Of a stretch of DNA of 64,000 bases, positions 1 to 10,036 are shown piece by piece. Position numbers and translations under genes: made by a program. The DNA lies in NCBI GenBank assembly GCA_963664305.2, contig CAXXLV010000001.1, positions 832,001 to 896,000 of the forward strand, read 5' to 3'. Numbering within the stretch: position 1 is the first letter of the stretch; every line of letters begins with the position of its first letter. Source of the DNA: an uncultured Aliarcobacter sp. (GTDB taxonomy: Bacteria; Campylobacterota; Campylobacteria; Campylobacterales; Arcobacteraceae). A model generated the notes under the pieces. It saw nothing but the letters and a program-made list of their open reading frames with translations, ran no database searches and was not told the origin of the DNA.

Positions 1-395
1 ACAATAATATGTTCACAAGAAACATCTTCAAATGCTCTTAATATAATGTTTGTTGCAATATAGTATGGTAAGTTTGCTATCAAGTCATATTTACCATCAT
101 GCAGGCTTTTTTGCTTATCCCAAGCCTCTAAAACATCAGTGTGGATCAGTTTTAGTTTACCCTCTTCTATCTCTATTGCAAATTTAGACTTTAAAATACC
201 GATTAAATCAGTATCAACCTCATAAGCAGTTAAATCTTTGTACTTGACTAAATTTTTGGTCAAATCACCTAATCCAGGCCCAATTTCAACCACATAATTA
301 TTGTTCATGGGCATCGATTGGATGATTTTATCCAAAATAGTCGTATCTTTTAAAAAGTTTTGTCCGTATTGTTTTTTTGCTTTTACTTTTTCCAT
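1..395 (-). CDS. rsmA: 16S rRNA adenine dimethyltransferase (partial, runs off window start)
   Basis: Manual translation from ATG at 395: MEKVKAKKQYGQNFLKD...VEIGPGLG...ANLPYYI, which are KsgA motifs; not in ORF track. Confidence 0.93.
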   Translation of the reverse strand, partial: MEKVKAKKQYGQNFLKDTTILDKIIQSMPMNNNYVVEIGPGLGDLTKNLVKYKDLTAYEVDTDLIGILKSKFAIEIEEGKLKLIHTDVLEAWDKQKSLHDGKYDLIANLPYYIATNIILRAFEDVSCEHII

Positions 396-468
396 AATTG
401 GGAAGAGTATATCTGCTTTTAACTTATAATTAGATAAGATAATTTTTAGTTATTACGAAGGATTTTAT

Positions 469-1230
469 TTGAGTAGTTTTGCAAAAAGAATAATACCATG
501 TCTAGATGTTGATAATGGAAGAGTTGTAAAAGGCGTGAATTTTGTAGGTTTAAGAGATGCAGGAGATCCTGTAGAAGTTGCAAAAAGATATAACGCAGAA
601 GGTGCAGATGAAATAACTTTTTTAGATATTACTGCAAGTCATCAAAATAGAGGAACGATTGTTGATATAGTAAAACAAGTTGCAAAAGAAGTTTTTATTC
701 CTTTAACAGTTGGTGGGGGAATTAGAAAACTTGAAGATATTTATGCACTTTTAAATGTAGGTTGTGACAAAGTTTCAATTAACTCATCAGCAGTTTCAAA
801 TCCAGATTTAATAAATGAAAGTTCAAAAAGATTTGGAAGTCAATGTATTGTTGTTGCAATTGATGTTAAAAGAGTTGCTGATGGTTCATACCATGTTTTT
901 GTAAAAGGAGGACGTGAAGATACTGGACTTGACGCACTTGCTTGGGCAAAAGAAGTTTATGATAGAGGTGCTGGTGAAATACTTCTTACTTCTATGGATA
1001 CAGATGGTGCAAAAACAGGATTTGAATTAAATATTACTGAACAAATTTCAAAATTAGTTGATATTCCAGTAATTGCAAGTGGAGGAGCTGGATCTATGGA
1101 ACATATAAAAGAAGCATTTGAACATGGTGCTAGTGCTGCACTTGCTGCTTCAATTTTTCACTTTAAAGAAATTGATATTATGGATTTAAAGAGATATTTA
1201 AGAGCAAACAACATTCCTGTAAGGATATAA
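469..1230 (+). CDS. hisF: imidazole glycerol phosphate synthase subunit HisF
   Basis: [40 protein letters not shown] motifs. Confidence 0.97.
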   Translation: MSSFAKRIIPCLDVDNGRVVKGVNFVGLRDAGDPVEVAKRYNAEGADEITFLDITASHQNRGTIVDIVKQVAKEVFIPLTVGGGIRKLEDIYALLNVGCDKVSINSSAVSNPDLINESSKRFGSQCIVVAIDVKRVADGSYHVFVKGGREDTGLDALAWAKEVYDRGAGEILLTSMDTDGAKTGFELNITEQISKLVDIPVIASGGAGSMEHIKEAFEHGASAALAASIFHFKEIDIMDLKRYLRANNIPVRI

Positions 1231-1231
1231 A

Positions 1232-1918
1232 ATGAAAATGAAATTATTTATGGGATTATTACTACCAATATTGGCATTTTCGTATGAAATAGAATTTAAT
1301 AAAAGTTTTTCAAAAGTAGTAAACCCAGATTTATTAACTACAAATGTAAATATAAGTGTTGAAAAAAAAGATGAAGTTAGAGTAAATAGTGAAATTGAAA
1401 AATTTAACGATTTTATTAAAAACAATAAAGAAGTGACTATAAAAAATGGAAGTTTTACTTTAAGTCCAAAATACAAATATTATGATAATAAACAAGAATT
1501 TATAGGATATATTGGAAATTTAAGATATTCAGTTGAGTCGAAAGATGCAAAAGAGTTAAACAGTTTTATGGATGAATTAATTGCTATAAAAGAAAGAATA
1601 AAGTCTGATGATATAAAACTTAATATTTCAAATGTTTCTTGGAAAGTAAGTGATGAATTACAAAATAAAAGTTTTGACAATTTAAGATTTGAATCAATAA
1701 CTTGGATTGAAAATTATGCAAATGTTTTATCTTCAAAATTATCAAAAAAATGTGAAGTTAAAAAAATAAATATAAATGAATTTAACAGTGGAAATATAGT
1801 GTATGCAAGAAGTGAAATGGCATTATCAAGTATGTCAAAATCTGTTGCAGATGTAGCTCCAATAAGTAGTGAACAAAATATTACAGTAAATCCAAACTTT
1901 ATTTTGGAGTGCAGATGA
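1232..1918 (+). CDS. exported SIMPL/DUF541-like protein
   Basis: Signal peptide; VNPD strand, GY..., C-terminal API.SEQNITVN pattern resembling SIMPL domain. Confidence 0.6.
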   Translation: MKMKLFMGLLLPILAFSYEIEFNKSFSKVVNPDLLTTNVNISVEKKDEVRVNSEIEKFNDFIKNNKEVTIKNGSFTLSPKYKYYDNKQEFIGYIGNLRYSVESKDAKELNSFMDELIAIKERIKSDDIKLNISNVSWKVSDELQNKSFDNLRFESITWIENYANVLSSKLSKKCEVKKININEFNSGNIVYARSEMALSSMSKSVADVAPISSEQNITVNPNFILECR

Positions 1919-2451
1919 TTGTATGTGCAGGAAGAAATGAAACTTTCCCATTTGCTCATCCAATTGGTGTTGGATTAATTGAAAGTTCAATAAATCTTAC
2001 AAGAATGTGTCTATTTGATAAGCCTGACTTTTTACTTTTTGTTGGAAGTGCAGGAAGTTATGGTGAACATAAAATTTTTGATATAGTTGAGTCAAAAAGA
2101 GCATCAAATATTGAGTTAGGATTTTTAACAGAAAGTGCATATACACCTCTTGATAATGTCTTAGAATCAGAAAATAAATTTGCAAGAAATGATACCATCG
2201 TAAACTCTTCAAACTATATATCAACAAATGAAAAACTTTGTAAAGAGTTTTTAGAATATGGTGTTGGAATTGAAAATATGGAATTTTTTTCAGTTCTTAG
2301 TGTTGCAAAAGAGTTTGAAATTCCAGTTGCTGGAATTTTTGTAGTAACAAATTATACAAATGAAAATGCCCATGAAGATTTTATAAAAAATCACAAAGAG
2401 GCAATGGAAAAATTAACAAATTATTTAATAGAAAAAAATATAATAAAATAG
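1915..2451 (+). CDS. nucleoside phosphorylase (PNP/MTAN) family protein
   Basis: IGVG, FVGSAG, ENMEF, VTNY motifs; likely start ATG 1915 overlapping upstream stop. Confidence 0.75.
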   Translation: MIVCAGRNETFPFAHPIGVGLIESSINLTRMCLFDKPDFLLFVGSAGSYGEHKIFDIVESKRASNIELGFLTESAYTPLDNVLESENKFARNDTIVNSSNYISTNEKLCKEFLEYGVGIENMEFFSVLSVAKEFEIPVAGIFVVTNYTNENAHEDFIKNHKEAMEKLTNYLIEKNIIK

Positions 2452-2470
2452 AAAATTGGAATAAATTATA

Positions 2471-3553
2471 ATGGCAAAAGAAGAATTATCATCAATTTAT
2501 GATTACACATTAGATGAATTAAAAGAAAAATTAAAACCATCATTTAGAGCAAAGCAAGTTTATAATTGGCTTTATAAAAAATATGCTAGTTCGTATGATG
2601 ATATGAAAAACTTACCAAATGAATTAAAAGAAGATTTAAAAGCAAACTATCCAATAGATATTATGCAAATTGTAAAAAAAGAACAAAGTAGAGATGGAAG
2701 TATAAAATATCTTTTTAAATTAAGAGATAATCATACAGTTGAAGCTGTACTTCTTTTAATGAAAGATAAAAAGATAGATGAAGATGGACAAATTGTAAGA
2801 AGTGAAAAATATACTGTTTGTATTTCTTCTCAAGTTGGCTGTAAAGTTGGCTGTAGTTTTTGTTTAACTGCAAAAGGTGGATTTGTAAGAAATCTTACAG
2901 TTGGAGAGTATATCGCTCAAATTGTAAATATAAAAAGAGATAATCAAATAGCTGAAAATAAAGCTTTAAATATCGTTTATATGGGAATGGGTGAACCTCT
3001 TGATAACTTTGACAATTTTACAAAAGCAGTTGAGATTTTCTCTGAACTTGATGGTTTAGCAATTAGTAGAAGAAGACAAACAGTTTCAACTTCAGGAATT
3101 GCAAGTAAAATCAAAAAACTTGGCGAAAAAGATTTAGGTATGCAATTAGCTATTTCTCTTCATGCAGTTGATGATGAGTTAAGAAGTGAATTAATTCCTA
3201 TGAATAAAGCTTATAATATTGCATCTATTATCGAAGCTGTTAAAGGCTTTCCTGTTGATACAAGAAAAAAAGTTATGTTTGAATATCTTGTAATAAAAGA
3301 TAAAAATGATTCAATAGATGCTGCTAGAAAATTGGTTACTTTATTAAATGGAATTCAAGCAAAAGTAAATTTAATTTACTTTAATCCATATCCTGGAACT
3401 ACATATCAGCGACCTGTTGAAGAAGATATGTTAAGATTCAAAGATTTTTTAAACCAAAAAGGTGTAATCTGTACAATCAGAGAATCAAAAGGACTTGATA
3501 TATCTGCTGCTTGTGGACAATTAAAAGAAAAGGAAGCAAATGGGAATTCTTGA
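2471..3553 (+). CDS. rlmN: dual-specificity RNA methyltransferase RlmN
   Basis: [15 protein letters not shown] radical SAM motif, [15 protein letters not shown]. Confidence 0.96.
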   Translation: MAKEELSSIYDYTLDELKEKLKPSFRAKQVYNWLYKKYASSYDDMKNLPNELKEDLKANYPIDIMQIVKKEQSRDGSIKYLFKLRDNHTVEAVLLLMKDKKIDEDGQIVRSEKYTVCISSQVGCKVGCSFCLTAKGGFVRNLTVGEYIAQIVNIKRDNQIAENKALNIVYMGMGEPLDNFDNFTKAVEIFSELDGLAISRRRQTVSTSGIASKIKKLGEKDLGMQLAISLHAVDDELRSELIPMNKAYNIASIIEAVKGFPVDTRKKVMFEYLVIKDKNDSIDAARKLVTLLNGIQAKVNLIYFNPYPGTTYQRPVEEDMLRFKDFLNQKGVICTIRESKGLDISAACGQLKEKEANGNS

Positions 3554-3638
3554 AATTTCTTTATTGATGTTTATAGCAATAGTGGTGATTGTAACGGGTG
3601 TAGGATTTTACATACAAAATAAAAAAGAGGAGAAATAA
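3540..3638 (+). CDS. small single-pass membrane protein (32 aa)
   Basis: [40 protein letters not shown]; fills the rlmN-gltX gap; below ORF-track cutoff. Confidence 0.65.
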   Translation: MGILEISLLMFIAIVVIVTGVGFYIQNKKEEK

Positions 3639-3643
3639 TTTAA

Positions 3644-5053
3644 ATGGCAGTAACAAGATTTGCTCCAAGTCCAACTGGATATTTACATATTGGGGGATTA
3701 AGAACTTCATTATATAGTTATTTATGGGCTAGAAAAACTGGCGGAGAATTTAGATTAAGAATCGAAGATACAGACTTAGCAAGAAATAGTGAAGAAGCTA
3801 TGAAAGCAATTATAAATGCTTTTGAATGGGTTGGATTGAACTATGATGGTGAAGTATTTTATCAATCAAAAAGAACAGATATTTATAAACAATATATTGA
3901 TAAATTATTAGAAAGTGGAAATGCTTATAAATGTTATATGAGTAAAGATGAACTGGATGCTTTAAGAGCAGCTCAAGAAGCAGCAAAACAAACACCAAGA
4001 TATGATGGAACTTGGAGACCAGAAATTGGAAAAGTTTTACCTGAAATTCCAGCAGGTGTTGAACCAGTAATAAGAATAAAAGCTCCAACAACTGGAACAA
4101 TTGAGTTTGATGATGGTGTAAAAGGACATATGAAATTTGATGCAAATCAGGTTGATGATTATGTAATTGCAAGAAGTAATGGAATGCCTACTTATAACTT
4201 TGTAGTTGCTATTGATGATGCCTTAATGGGTATGACAGATGTAATTAGAGGAGATGACCACCTATCTAATACTCCAAAACAAATTGTAGTTTATAATGCT
4301 TTAGGATTTAAAGTTCCAAAATTTTATCATGTGCCAATGATAAATAATCCACAAGGGAAAAAACTATCTAAAAGAGATGGTGCAATGGATGTTATGGATT
4401 ACAAAAGAGAAGGATATTTAGCTGAAGCTTTACTAAACTTTTTAGTAAGACTTGGTTGGTCAAATGGTGACCAAGAGATTTTCTCTATGGAAGAAATGTT
4501 AGAACTATTTGACCCATCAAATATTAATAAATCTGCATCATCTTATAATGCTGAAAAACTTTTATGGTTAAATAGTGAATACATTAAAGCTGTTTCAAAT
4601 GATAGATTAATTGAAGAGTTAAAATTCTTTGATTTAGATTTATCAACTCATCCAAAAAGAACAGAACTTTTAGATTTATCTAAACAAAGAGCACAAACAT
4701 TAATTGAATTAAAAAAATCTATAACTGATATTTTAGATGTCCCAACATCTTATGAAGAAGCTGGAGTTAAAAAATTTGTAAAAGAAGATACAAAAGAATT
4801 TTTAGAAAAATATCTTGTTTTATTAGAAAAAAATAGAGAAATTTTATATGATGTTGCAAAAATTGAAGAGATAACTAAACCATTTATTTCTGAATTAGGA
4901 TTAAAATTTCCACAATTATTCCAACCAATAAGAATTGCATTAACTGGTGGAACGCAGGCTCCATCGGTATATGACATAATTTCTATACTTGGATTTGATG
5001 AAGTTTCTGCAAGATTAAATGAGGCTTTAAAAAGAAATTTTCAAAACTCTTGA
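3644..5053 (+). CDS. gltX: glutamate--tRNA ligase
   Basis: RFAPSPTGYLHIGG (HIGH-type), RIEDTD, KLSKR. Confidence 0.96.
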   Translation: MAVTRFAPSPTGYLHIGGLRTSLYSYLWARKTGGEFRLRIEDTDLARNSEEAMKAIINAFEWVGLNYDGEVFYQSKRTDIYKQYIDKLLESGNAYKCYMSKDELDALRAAQEAAKQTPRYDGTWRPEIGKVLPEIPAGVEPVIRIKAPTTGTIEFDDGVKGHMKFDANQVDDYVIARSNGMPTYNFVVAIDDALMGMTDVIRGDDHLSNTPKQIVVYNALGFKVPKFYHVPMINNPQGKKLSKRDGAMDVMDYKREGYLAEALLNFLVRLGWSNGDQEIFSMEEMLELFDPSNINKSASSYNAEKLLWLNSEYIKAVSNDRLIEELKFFDLDLSTHPKRTELLDLSKQRAQTLIELKKSITDILDVPTSYEEAGVKKFVKEDTKEFLEKYLVLLEKNREILYDVAKIEEITKPFISELGLKFPQLFQPIRIALTGGTQAPSVYDIISILGFDEVSARLNEALKRNFQNS

Positions 5054-5106
5054 TTATTTGAAAATAATCAGGCATAATGTTCTAACTTTTAAAAAGGATA
5101 GAATAG

Positions 5107-5373
5107 ATGAATATTTACGTAGGTAATTTATCATACAAAATGAATGATAAAGAGTTAGAAGGAATCTTCTCAAAGTTTGGTGCAGTGAAAAGTGCAAAAG
5201 TTATTATGGATAGAGAAACTGGAAAATCAAAAGGTTTCGGTTTTGTTGAAATGGCAGAAGCATCAGCTGGAAATCAAGCGATCGAAGCTTTAAATGGTAA
5301 TGAGTGCGAAGGTAGAACTTTAAGAGTTAACGAAGCAAAACCAAGAGAAGAAAGACCAAGAAGACAATTCTAA
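5107..5373 (+). CDS. RRM RNA-binding protein
   Basis: RNP2 IYVGNL and RNP1 KGFGFVEM. Confidence 0.93.
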   Translation: MNIYVGNLSYKMNDKELEGIFSKFGAVKSAKVIMDRETGKSKGFGFVEMAEASAGNQAIEALNGNECEGRTLRVNEAKPREERPRRQF

Positions 5374-5375
5374 TT

Positions 5376-5407
5376 AAGTTTATGTAGTGCTTTAGCACTA
5401 CAAACTT
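5376..5407 (+). terminator. hairpin directly after RRM gene (terminator or 3' stabiliser)
   Basis: TGTAGTGC-TTTA-GCACTACA stem extended by AAGTT/AACTT. Confidence 0.6.
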
Positions 5408-5595
5408 TACAGCCTAAAATTAACTTTTATAAAAAGTTAATCATCCAAATCTATAAATTTAAGACTAAAGCTCCTATTTAAAGAAGAATTTTATATTTGT
5501 AGATACTAATAGATTAGTTATTTGTAGGAGTTTTAGTATCCCTACTTTCTAAATTTTTATTGAAATTTATAATACAATTCATATTGAGGATTTGT

Positions 5596-6258
5596 ATGAA
5601 AATTTTGTTGCTTGAAGATGATTTTATTTTAAATGAGATAATAGAAGAACACTTAGTTTCACAAAACTATGAAGTTGTTACAGCTTACAATGGAAATGAA
5701 GCCCAAGAACTTTTGTATTCTCAAACTTTTGACTTATTACTTTTAGATGTAAATGTTCCAGATATAAATGGTTTTGAACTTTTAAGTGATTTAAGAGTTC
5801 AAAACATTAAAACGCCAGCTATTTTTATTACGTCATTAAATATGGCAGATGATATGCAAAAAGGTTTTGATAGTGGTTGTGATGACTATATTAAAAAACC
5901 CTTTGAATTAAAAGAATTAGACTTACGAATAAACAATATTAAAAGACTTTTTAATATTTCTCCTATAAATTTAATAAATATTTCTCCAAATATAAACCTT
6001 GATACACAAAATCTTTTAATTATTAGAGATAAAGAAAAAATTCATATTGCAAAAAAAGAGTCTGAAGTTTTACAATATTTGATAAATAACTCAATAAAAA
6101 CAGTAAGTATTGATGAACTAAGTATGAATATTTGGGCATATGAAGAAACACCAAACGCATCAACAGTTAGAACCTATATAAAAAATTTACGTAAAATTTT
6201 AGGAGAAGAACAAATCTTAAATATACGAGGAGTTGGTTATAGATTTAACAAAAAGTGA
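5596..6258 (+). CDS. OmpR-family response regulator (CrdR-like)
   Basis: MKILLLEDD, LLLDV, DDYIKKPF, RGVGY; GAGGA RBS before ATG 5596; upstream of copper efflux genes. Confidence 0.9.
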   Translation: MKILLLEDDFILNEIIEEHLVSQNYEVVTAYNGNEAQELLYSQTFDLLLLDVNVPDINGFELLSDLRVQNIKTPAIFITSLNMADDMQKGFDSGCDDYIKKPFELKELDLRINNIKRLFNISPINLINISPNINLDTQNLLIIRDKEKIHIAKKESEVLQYLINNSIKTVSIDELSMNIWAYEETPNASTVRTYIKNLRKILGEEQILNIRGVGYRFNKK

Positions 6259-7387
6259 AAAAATCACACTATTTAGATTTCTATTTTTGTATTTAGGCTC
6301 TTCGTTAATTTTGATGTTAATAACTATATTTTTTTATTATCAAAATGAAAAGACTTTATTTATTGATTTAATAAAATCAAATATGCAAAATATTACTTCA
6401 AAAATTTCAAATGAAGTAATTGTTTCTCATATGATGGGCACAAACTTTGATAAAGATAAATACTTAAATTCAAAAGAGTACAAAATATCTTTTTATAATA
6501 AGAATAAAGAGCTAATTTATGGTAATTTTGATGAAAAAGTAGATTTTAGTCAGAAGTTTATCTTTGATGAAAAATCATTAATTTTAGTAGATAATTCAAC
6601 AGTAGGACATTTAGGTATTGAATATATTGTTTTAAAAGATATTAGTTTAGAAGTGAAGATTTATGAGTTGAAAATATCTATAATTTTGATTTTTTTAGCT
6701 TTTTATTCTTTAGTTACAATAATTGGTTTTTATCTTGCTAAGTTATTTTTAAAACCAATAAAAGATGAAAGAATAAAGTTAAATAATTTTATAAAAGATA
6801 CAACCCATGAACTAAATACTCCAATAAGTGCAATTATGATGTCAACAGAGAGTGAAAACTTATCTTCAAAACAAATAGAAAGAATAAAACTAAGTGCTAA
6901 AAGAATAAGTGAAATTTATAAAGATTTAACTTATATATTTTTAGAGAATAAAGAGATAAAAAAAGATAAAAAAGAGTTAGATTTATCTTTACTTATTAAA
7001 GAACAAATTGATAATTTTGAACCTCTATTTTTAAAAAAGAAGATAGAAGTTTTAACACAATTAGAATCGACTTCTTATAAGATTGATAAAGATGATTTTA
7101 TTAGATTATTTAACAATCTTTTTTCAAATGCAATAAAATATAATAAAATTAATGGAAAAATAGAAATATCACTAAAAAATAGAGTTTTAAGTATTAAAGA
7201 TAGTGGAATAGGAATAAAAAAAGATAAATTAAAAGATATTTACAAAAGATATTATAGAGCAACAACACAAAATGGTGGTTTTGGTTTAGGATTAAACATT
7301 GTAAATATGATATGCAAAAGTTATAATATAAATATTGAAGTTGAATCCATAGAAAATGAAGGGACAATTTTTAAGTTATATTTTTAA
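6233..7387 (+). CDS. sensor histidine kinase (CrdS-like)
   Basis: Two TM helices, HELNTP H-box, NLFSNAIKY, DSGIG, GFGLGL. Confidence 0.92.
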   Translation: MVIDLTKSEKITLFRFLFLYLGSSLILMLITIFFYYQNEKTLFIDLIKSNMQNITSKISNEVIVSHMMGTNFDKDKYLNSKEYKISFYNKNKELIYGNFDEKVDFSQKFIFDEKSLILVDNSTVGHLGIEYIVLKDISLEVKIYELKISIILIFLAFYSLVTIIGFYLAKLFLKPIKDERIKLNNFIKDTTHELNTPISAIMMSTESENLSSKQIERIKLSAKRISEIYKDLTYIFLENKEIKKDKKELDLSLLIKEQIDNFEPLFLKKKIEVLTQLESTSYKIDKDDFIRLFNNLFSNAIKYNKINGKIEISLKNRVLSIKDSGIGIKKDKLKDIYKRYYRATTQNGGFGLGLNIVNMICKSYNINIEVESIENEGTIFKLYF

Positions 7388-7388
7388 C

Positions 7389-7421
7389 TCCACACAAACT
7401 GCACATAGTATTTGATAAAAT
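7389..7421 (+). promoter_or_regulatory. candidate response-regulator direct repeat plus -10 box of the copper efflux operon
   Basis: TCCACA-N5-TGCACA (11-bp period) followed by TAAAAT at 7416. Confidence 0.5.
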
Positions 7422-7449
7422 TTTTTCATAAATATTTCAAGGAGAAATT

Positions 7450-7833
7450 ATGAAAAACCTTTTCAAAATAATTCTAACTTTAGTTCTTGCATTAAATTTT
7501 TTAAATGCAGAGCCAATAAATCAAAATGGTGAAAAAGATGGTTACAATGTTACATTGATGAGTGAAAAATCACTTGTTGTTGGAGATAATGAATTTGTAA
7601 TCAAGTTAGCTAAAGATGAAAAAAATGTAACAACAGCAAAAGTTAAAATAAAATTCTTTATGCCTGAAATGCCAGGAATGCCATATATGGAACATGAAGA
7701 AAAAGCTGAGTTAGTTGATGGTGTTTATAAAACAAAAGTTAATTTCTCAATGGCTGGTACATGGCAATATCAACTTAAATTCAAAACAGATGATGATGTT
7801 GTTCATACAATTAGAGGAAGCGTAAATATCTAA
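7450..7833 (+). CDS. exported CrdA-like / YtkA-FixH family copper-binding protein
   Basis: Signal peptide; MPEMPGMPYM Met-rich motif; FSMAGTW. Confidence 0.8.
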   Translation: MKNLFKIILTLVLALNFLNAEPINQNGEKDGYNVTLMSEKSLVVGDNEFVIKLAKDEKNVTTAKVKIKFFMPEMPGMPYMEHEEKAELVDGVYKTKVNFSMAGTWQYQLKFKTDDDVVHTIRGSVNI

Positions 7834-9029
7834 TGTTAAAAATAGTTTTAGCTTCATCATTAACTTTATCACTTTTAAGTGCAATATCAATTGATGAATT
7901 GGTTAATTCTACATTTGAAAATAGTTATGATTTAAAAAGTGTAGAAAAATCTATTGAAGTTGCAAATCAACAAATATCAATTGCAAAAAAGTGGCAAAAT
8001 CCAGTATTGTCTATGGGAATAAATGATGTATGGATAAATGATTTTAGTTCACGAAATAAAGAGGCGATGCAAGCCTCTTTTATAGGAATTTCTCAAGTAA
8101 TTCCAACAGGAGATAAACTTGATATAAAAGAAAAAATTGCTTCTAAAGAGAAAAATATAAAGCTTTATGATTTTGAAGATAAGAAGTTAGAACTTACATC
8201 AAAAATAAATGAGTTGGTTTATAATATCTTGTTATCAGAGGAAAAATATAAACTTTTAGAAGAGTACGAAAAAAACTTGGAAAAATTAGAGAGTTTATAT
8301 GGTTCTTTATATAAATATCAAAAAGCAACTCAAAATGAGATAATAAATTCTCAAATCTCAACAGTTGAATTAAAAATACAAAAACAAAATCTAAAGAATT
8401 TAATAGATAATTCATACTTAAAATTAGAACAAATAACATATACAAAAATAGACAAAATTGATGAAAAAATAGATATAAAAAAAGTTGATTTGTTGATTGA
8501 AAATTCTTCTCATCCAAAATTTAAAAGTTTAGAAGAGAGTTCATCAAAACAGCAAAGTATAGCTGAATTAGAAAGAGCAAAAAAGATTCCAGATGTTCAA
8601 GTAAGTTTGGCATATTTCCAAAGGGATGATAAATTTAATGATTATGTAAATATGGCTGTTTCTATTCCTCTACCAATTTATGACACAGAAAATGTTACAA
8701 GAGTTCAAGCAAAAATGAGTGCGAATGAAACAAATGATAAATTGGAACAACTAAAACACAATTTTGAAATTCAATCAAAAATATTAAAGAATAATTTAAA
8801 TAATGCTTATGAAAATTATAATTTAATAGGTCAAAAGATAATTCCATTAAAAGAAAAGATACAAAAAAATATTGAAACATATAATAGTTTTGATGATGTT
8901 AAACCACAAGAAAGTATTAAAAACCTAAATGATTTAATCACTTATCAAATGAAAGCAATTGATGAGCAACAAAAATATTATGAAGCCTATTCAGGATTAA
9001 TTTACTATGCAAATAAAGGTATCAAATGA
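7833..9029 (+). CDS. TolC-family outer membrane efflux protein (CrdB/CusC-like)
   Basis: Signal peptide, NPVLS, KIPD, VSIPLPIY; position before MFP and RND genes. Confidence 0.85.
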   Translation: MLKIVLASSLTLSLLSAISIDELVNSTFENSYDLKSVEKSIEVANQQISIAKKWQNPVLSMGINDVWINDFSSRNKEAMQASFIGISQVIPTGDKLDIKEKIASKEKNIKLYDFEDKKLELTSKINELVYNILLSEEKYKLLEEYEKNLEKLESLYGSLYKYQKATQNEIINSQISTVELKIQKQNLKNLIDNSYLKLEQITYTKIDKIDEKIDIKKVDLLIENSSHPKFKSLEESSSKQQSIAELERAKKIPDVQVSLAYFQRDDKFNDYVNMAVSIPLPIYDTENVTRVQAKMSANETNDKLEQLKHNFEIQSKILKNNLNNAYENYNLIGQKIIPLKEKIQKNIETYNSFDDVKPQESIKNLNDLITYQMKAIDEQQKYYEAYSGLIYYANKGIK

Positions 9030-10030
9030 TTAAAAAACTACTTATAATCACCCTATTTTTAAGTGCTGTATTAAATGCAGAGATTATAAATGCAAAACAA
9101 CTGTTTAATAAAAAAATAGTAAAAGTAAAAAAAGAAGAAGTTATTGAGAATAAAAGTTTTTATGGAGTAACAAAGATTGATGAATCATCAATTGTTGATA
9201 TTGTAAGTAGATTTGATGGTTATATAACAAATTTAAATGCAAATAAGATTTATATGAATATCAAAAAAGGTGAAACTTTATATTCAATTTATTCTGATGA
9301 TATTTTATCTATTCAAAATGAACTTCAAATTGCAAAAGATATAAATAAAAATATCTATTCTTCAACACTTTTAAAACTTGAAAATTTAGATATATCAAAA
9401 GAAAATCAACAAAAAATTAAAGATGGGAAGTTAAATAATAGTGGACTAGTGGTTACTTCAAATTTTAATGGTATTTTACTTCAAAAAAACATAAATAATA
9501 AAAGTGCAGTTAAAAAAGGAACTACCCTACTTCAGTTAGGAAATCTAGATAAAATGTGGTTTATTGCTTCAATTTATCAAGATGATTTATCTTTTGTTAA
9601 AAAAGATAAAGAAGCAATGATTCATATTGATGGATTAAACAAAATGATTAACTCAAAAGTTGATTTTATCTACCCTATTTTTGATGAAAAAAGTAAAACA
9701 GTAAATGTTAGATTTATCATTGATAATGAAAATAATGAATTAATACCAAGTATGTTTGGTAAGGTTGATATAAATATCAAAAAAGAGATACTTTTAACTC
9801 TTCCAAAAACAGCTGTGTTAAAAAAAGCAAATAGTTTTTATGTATTTAAACCAACGTCAAATGATGAGTTTGAACCTGTAAAAATAAACGCAAAAAGAGT
9901 TGCTTCAAATAAATATCAAATAGTAAGTGGGCTTGAAGAAAATGATGAAGTTATTAATAATGCCCTATTCTTATTAGATTCAGATGCCGTAACAAATAAC
10001 TTATATGAATCAGACAATGAAGATTGGTAA
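9026..10030 (+). CDS. CusB-like periplasmic adaptor (membrane fusion protein)
   Basis: SRFDGYI, IKKGETL, VDFIYP, LIPSMFG, IVSGL. Confidence 0.88.
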   Translation: MIKKLLIITLFLSAVLNAEIINAKQLFNKKIVKVKKEEVIENKSFYGVTKIDESSIVDIVSRFDGYITNLNANKIYMNIKKGETLYSIYSDDILSIQNELQIAKDINKNIYSSTLLKLENLDISKENQQKIKDGKLNNSGLVVTSNFNGILLQKNINNKSAVKKGTTLLQLGNLDKMWFIASIYQDDLSFVKKDKEAMIHIDGLNKMINSKVDFIYPIFDEKSKTVNVRFIIDNENNELIPSMFGKVDINIKKEILLTLPKTAVLKKANSFYVFKPTSNDEFEPVKINAKRVASNKYQIVSGLEENDEVINNALFLLDSDAVTNNLYESDNEDW

Positions 10031-10036
10031 AAAATT

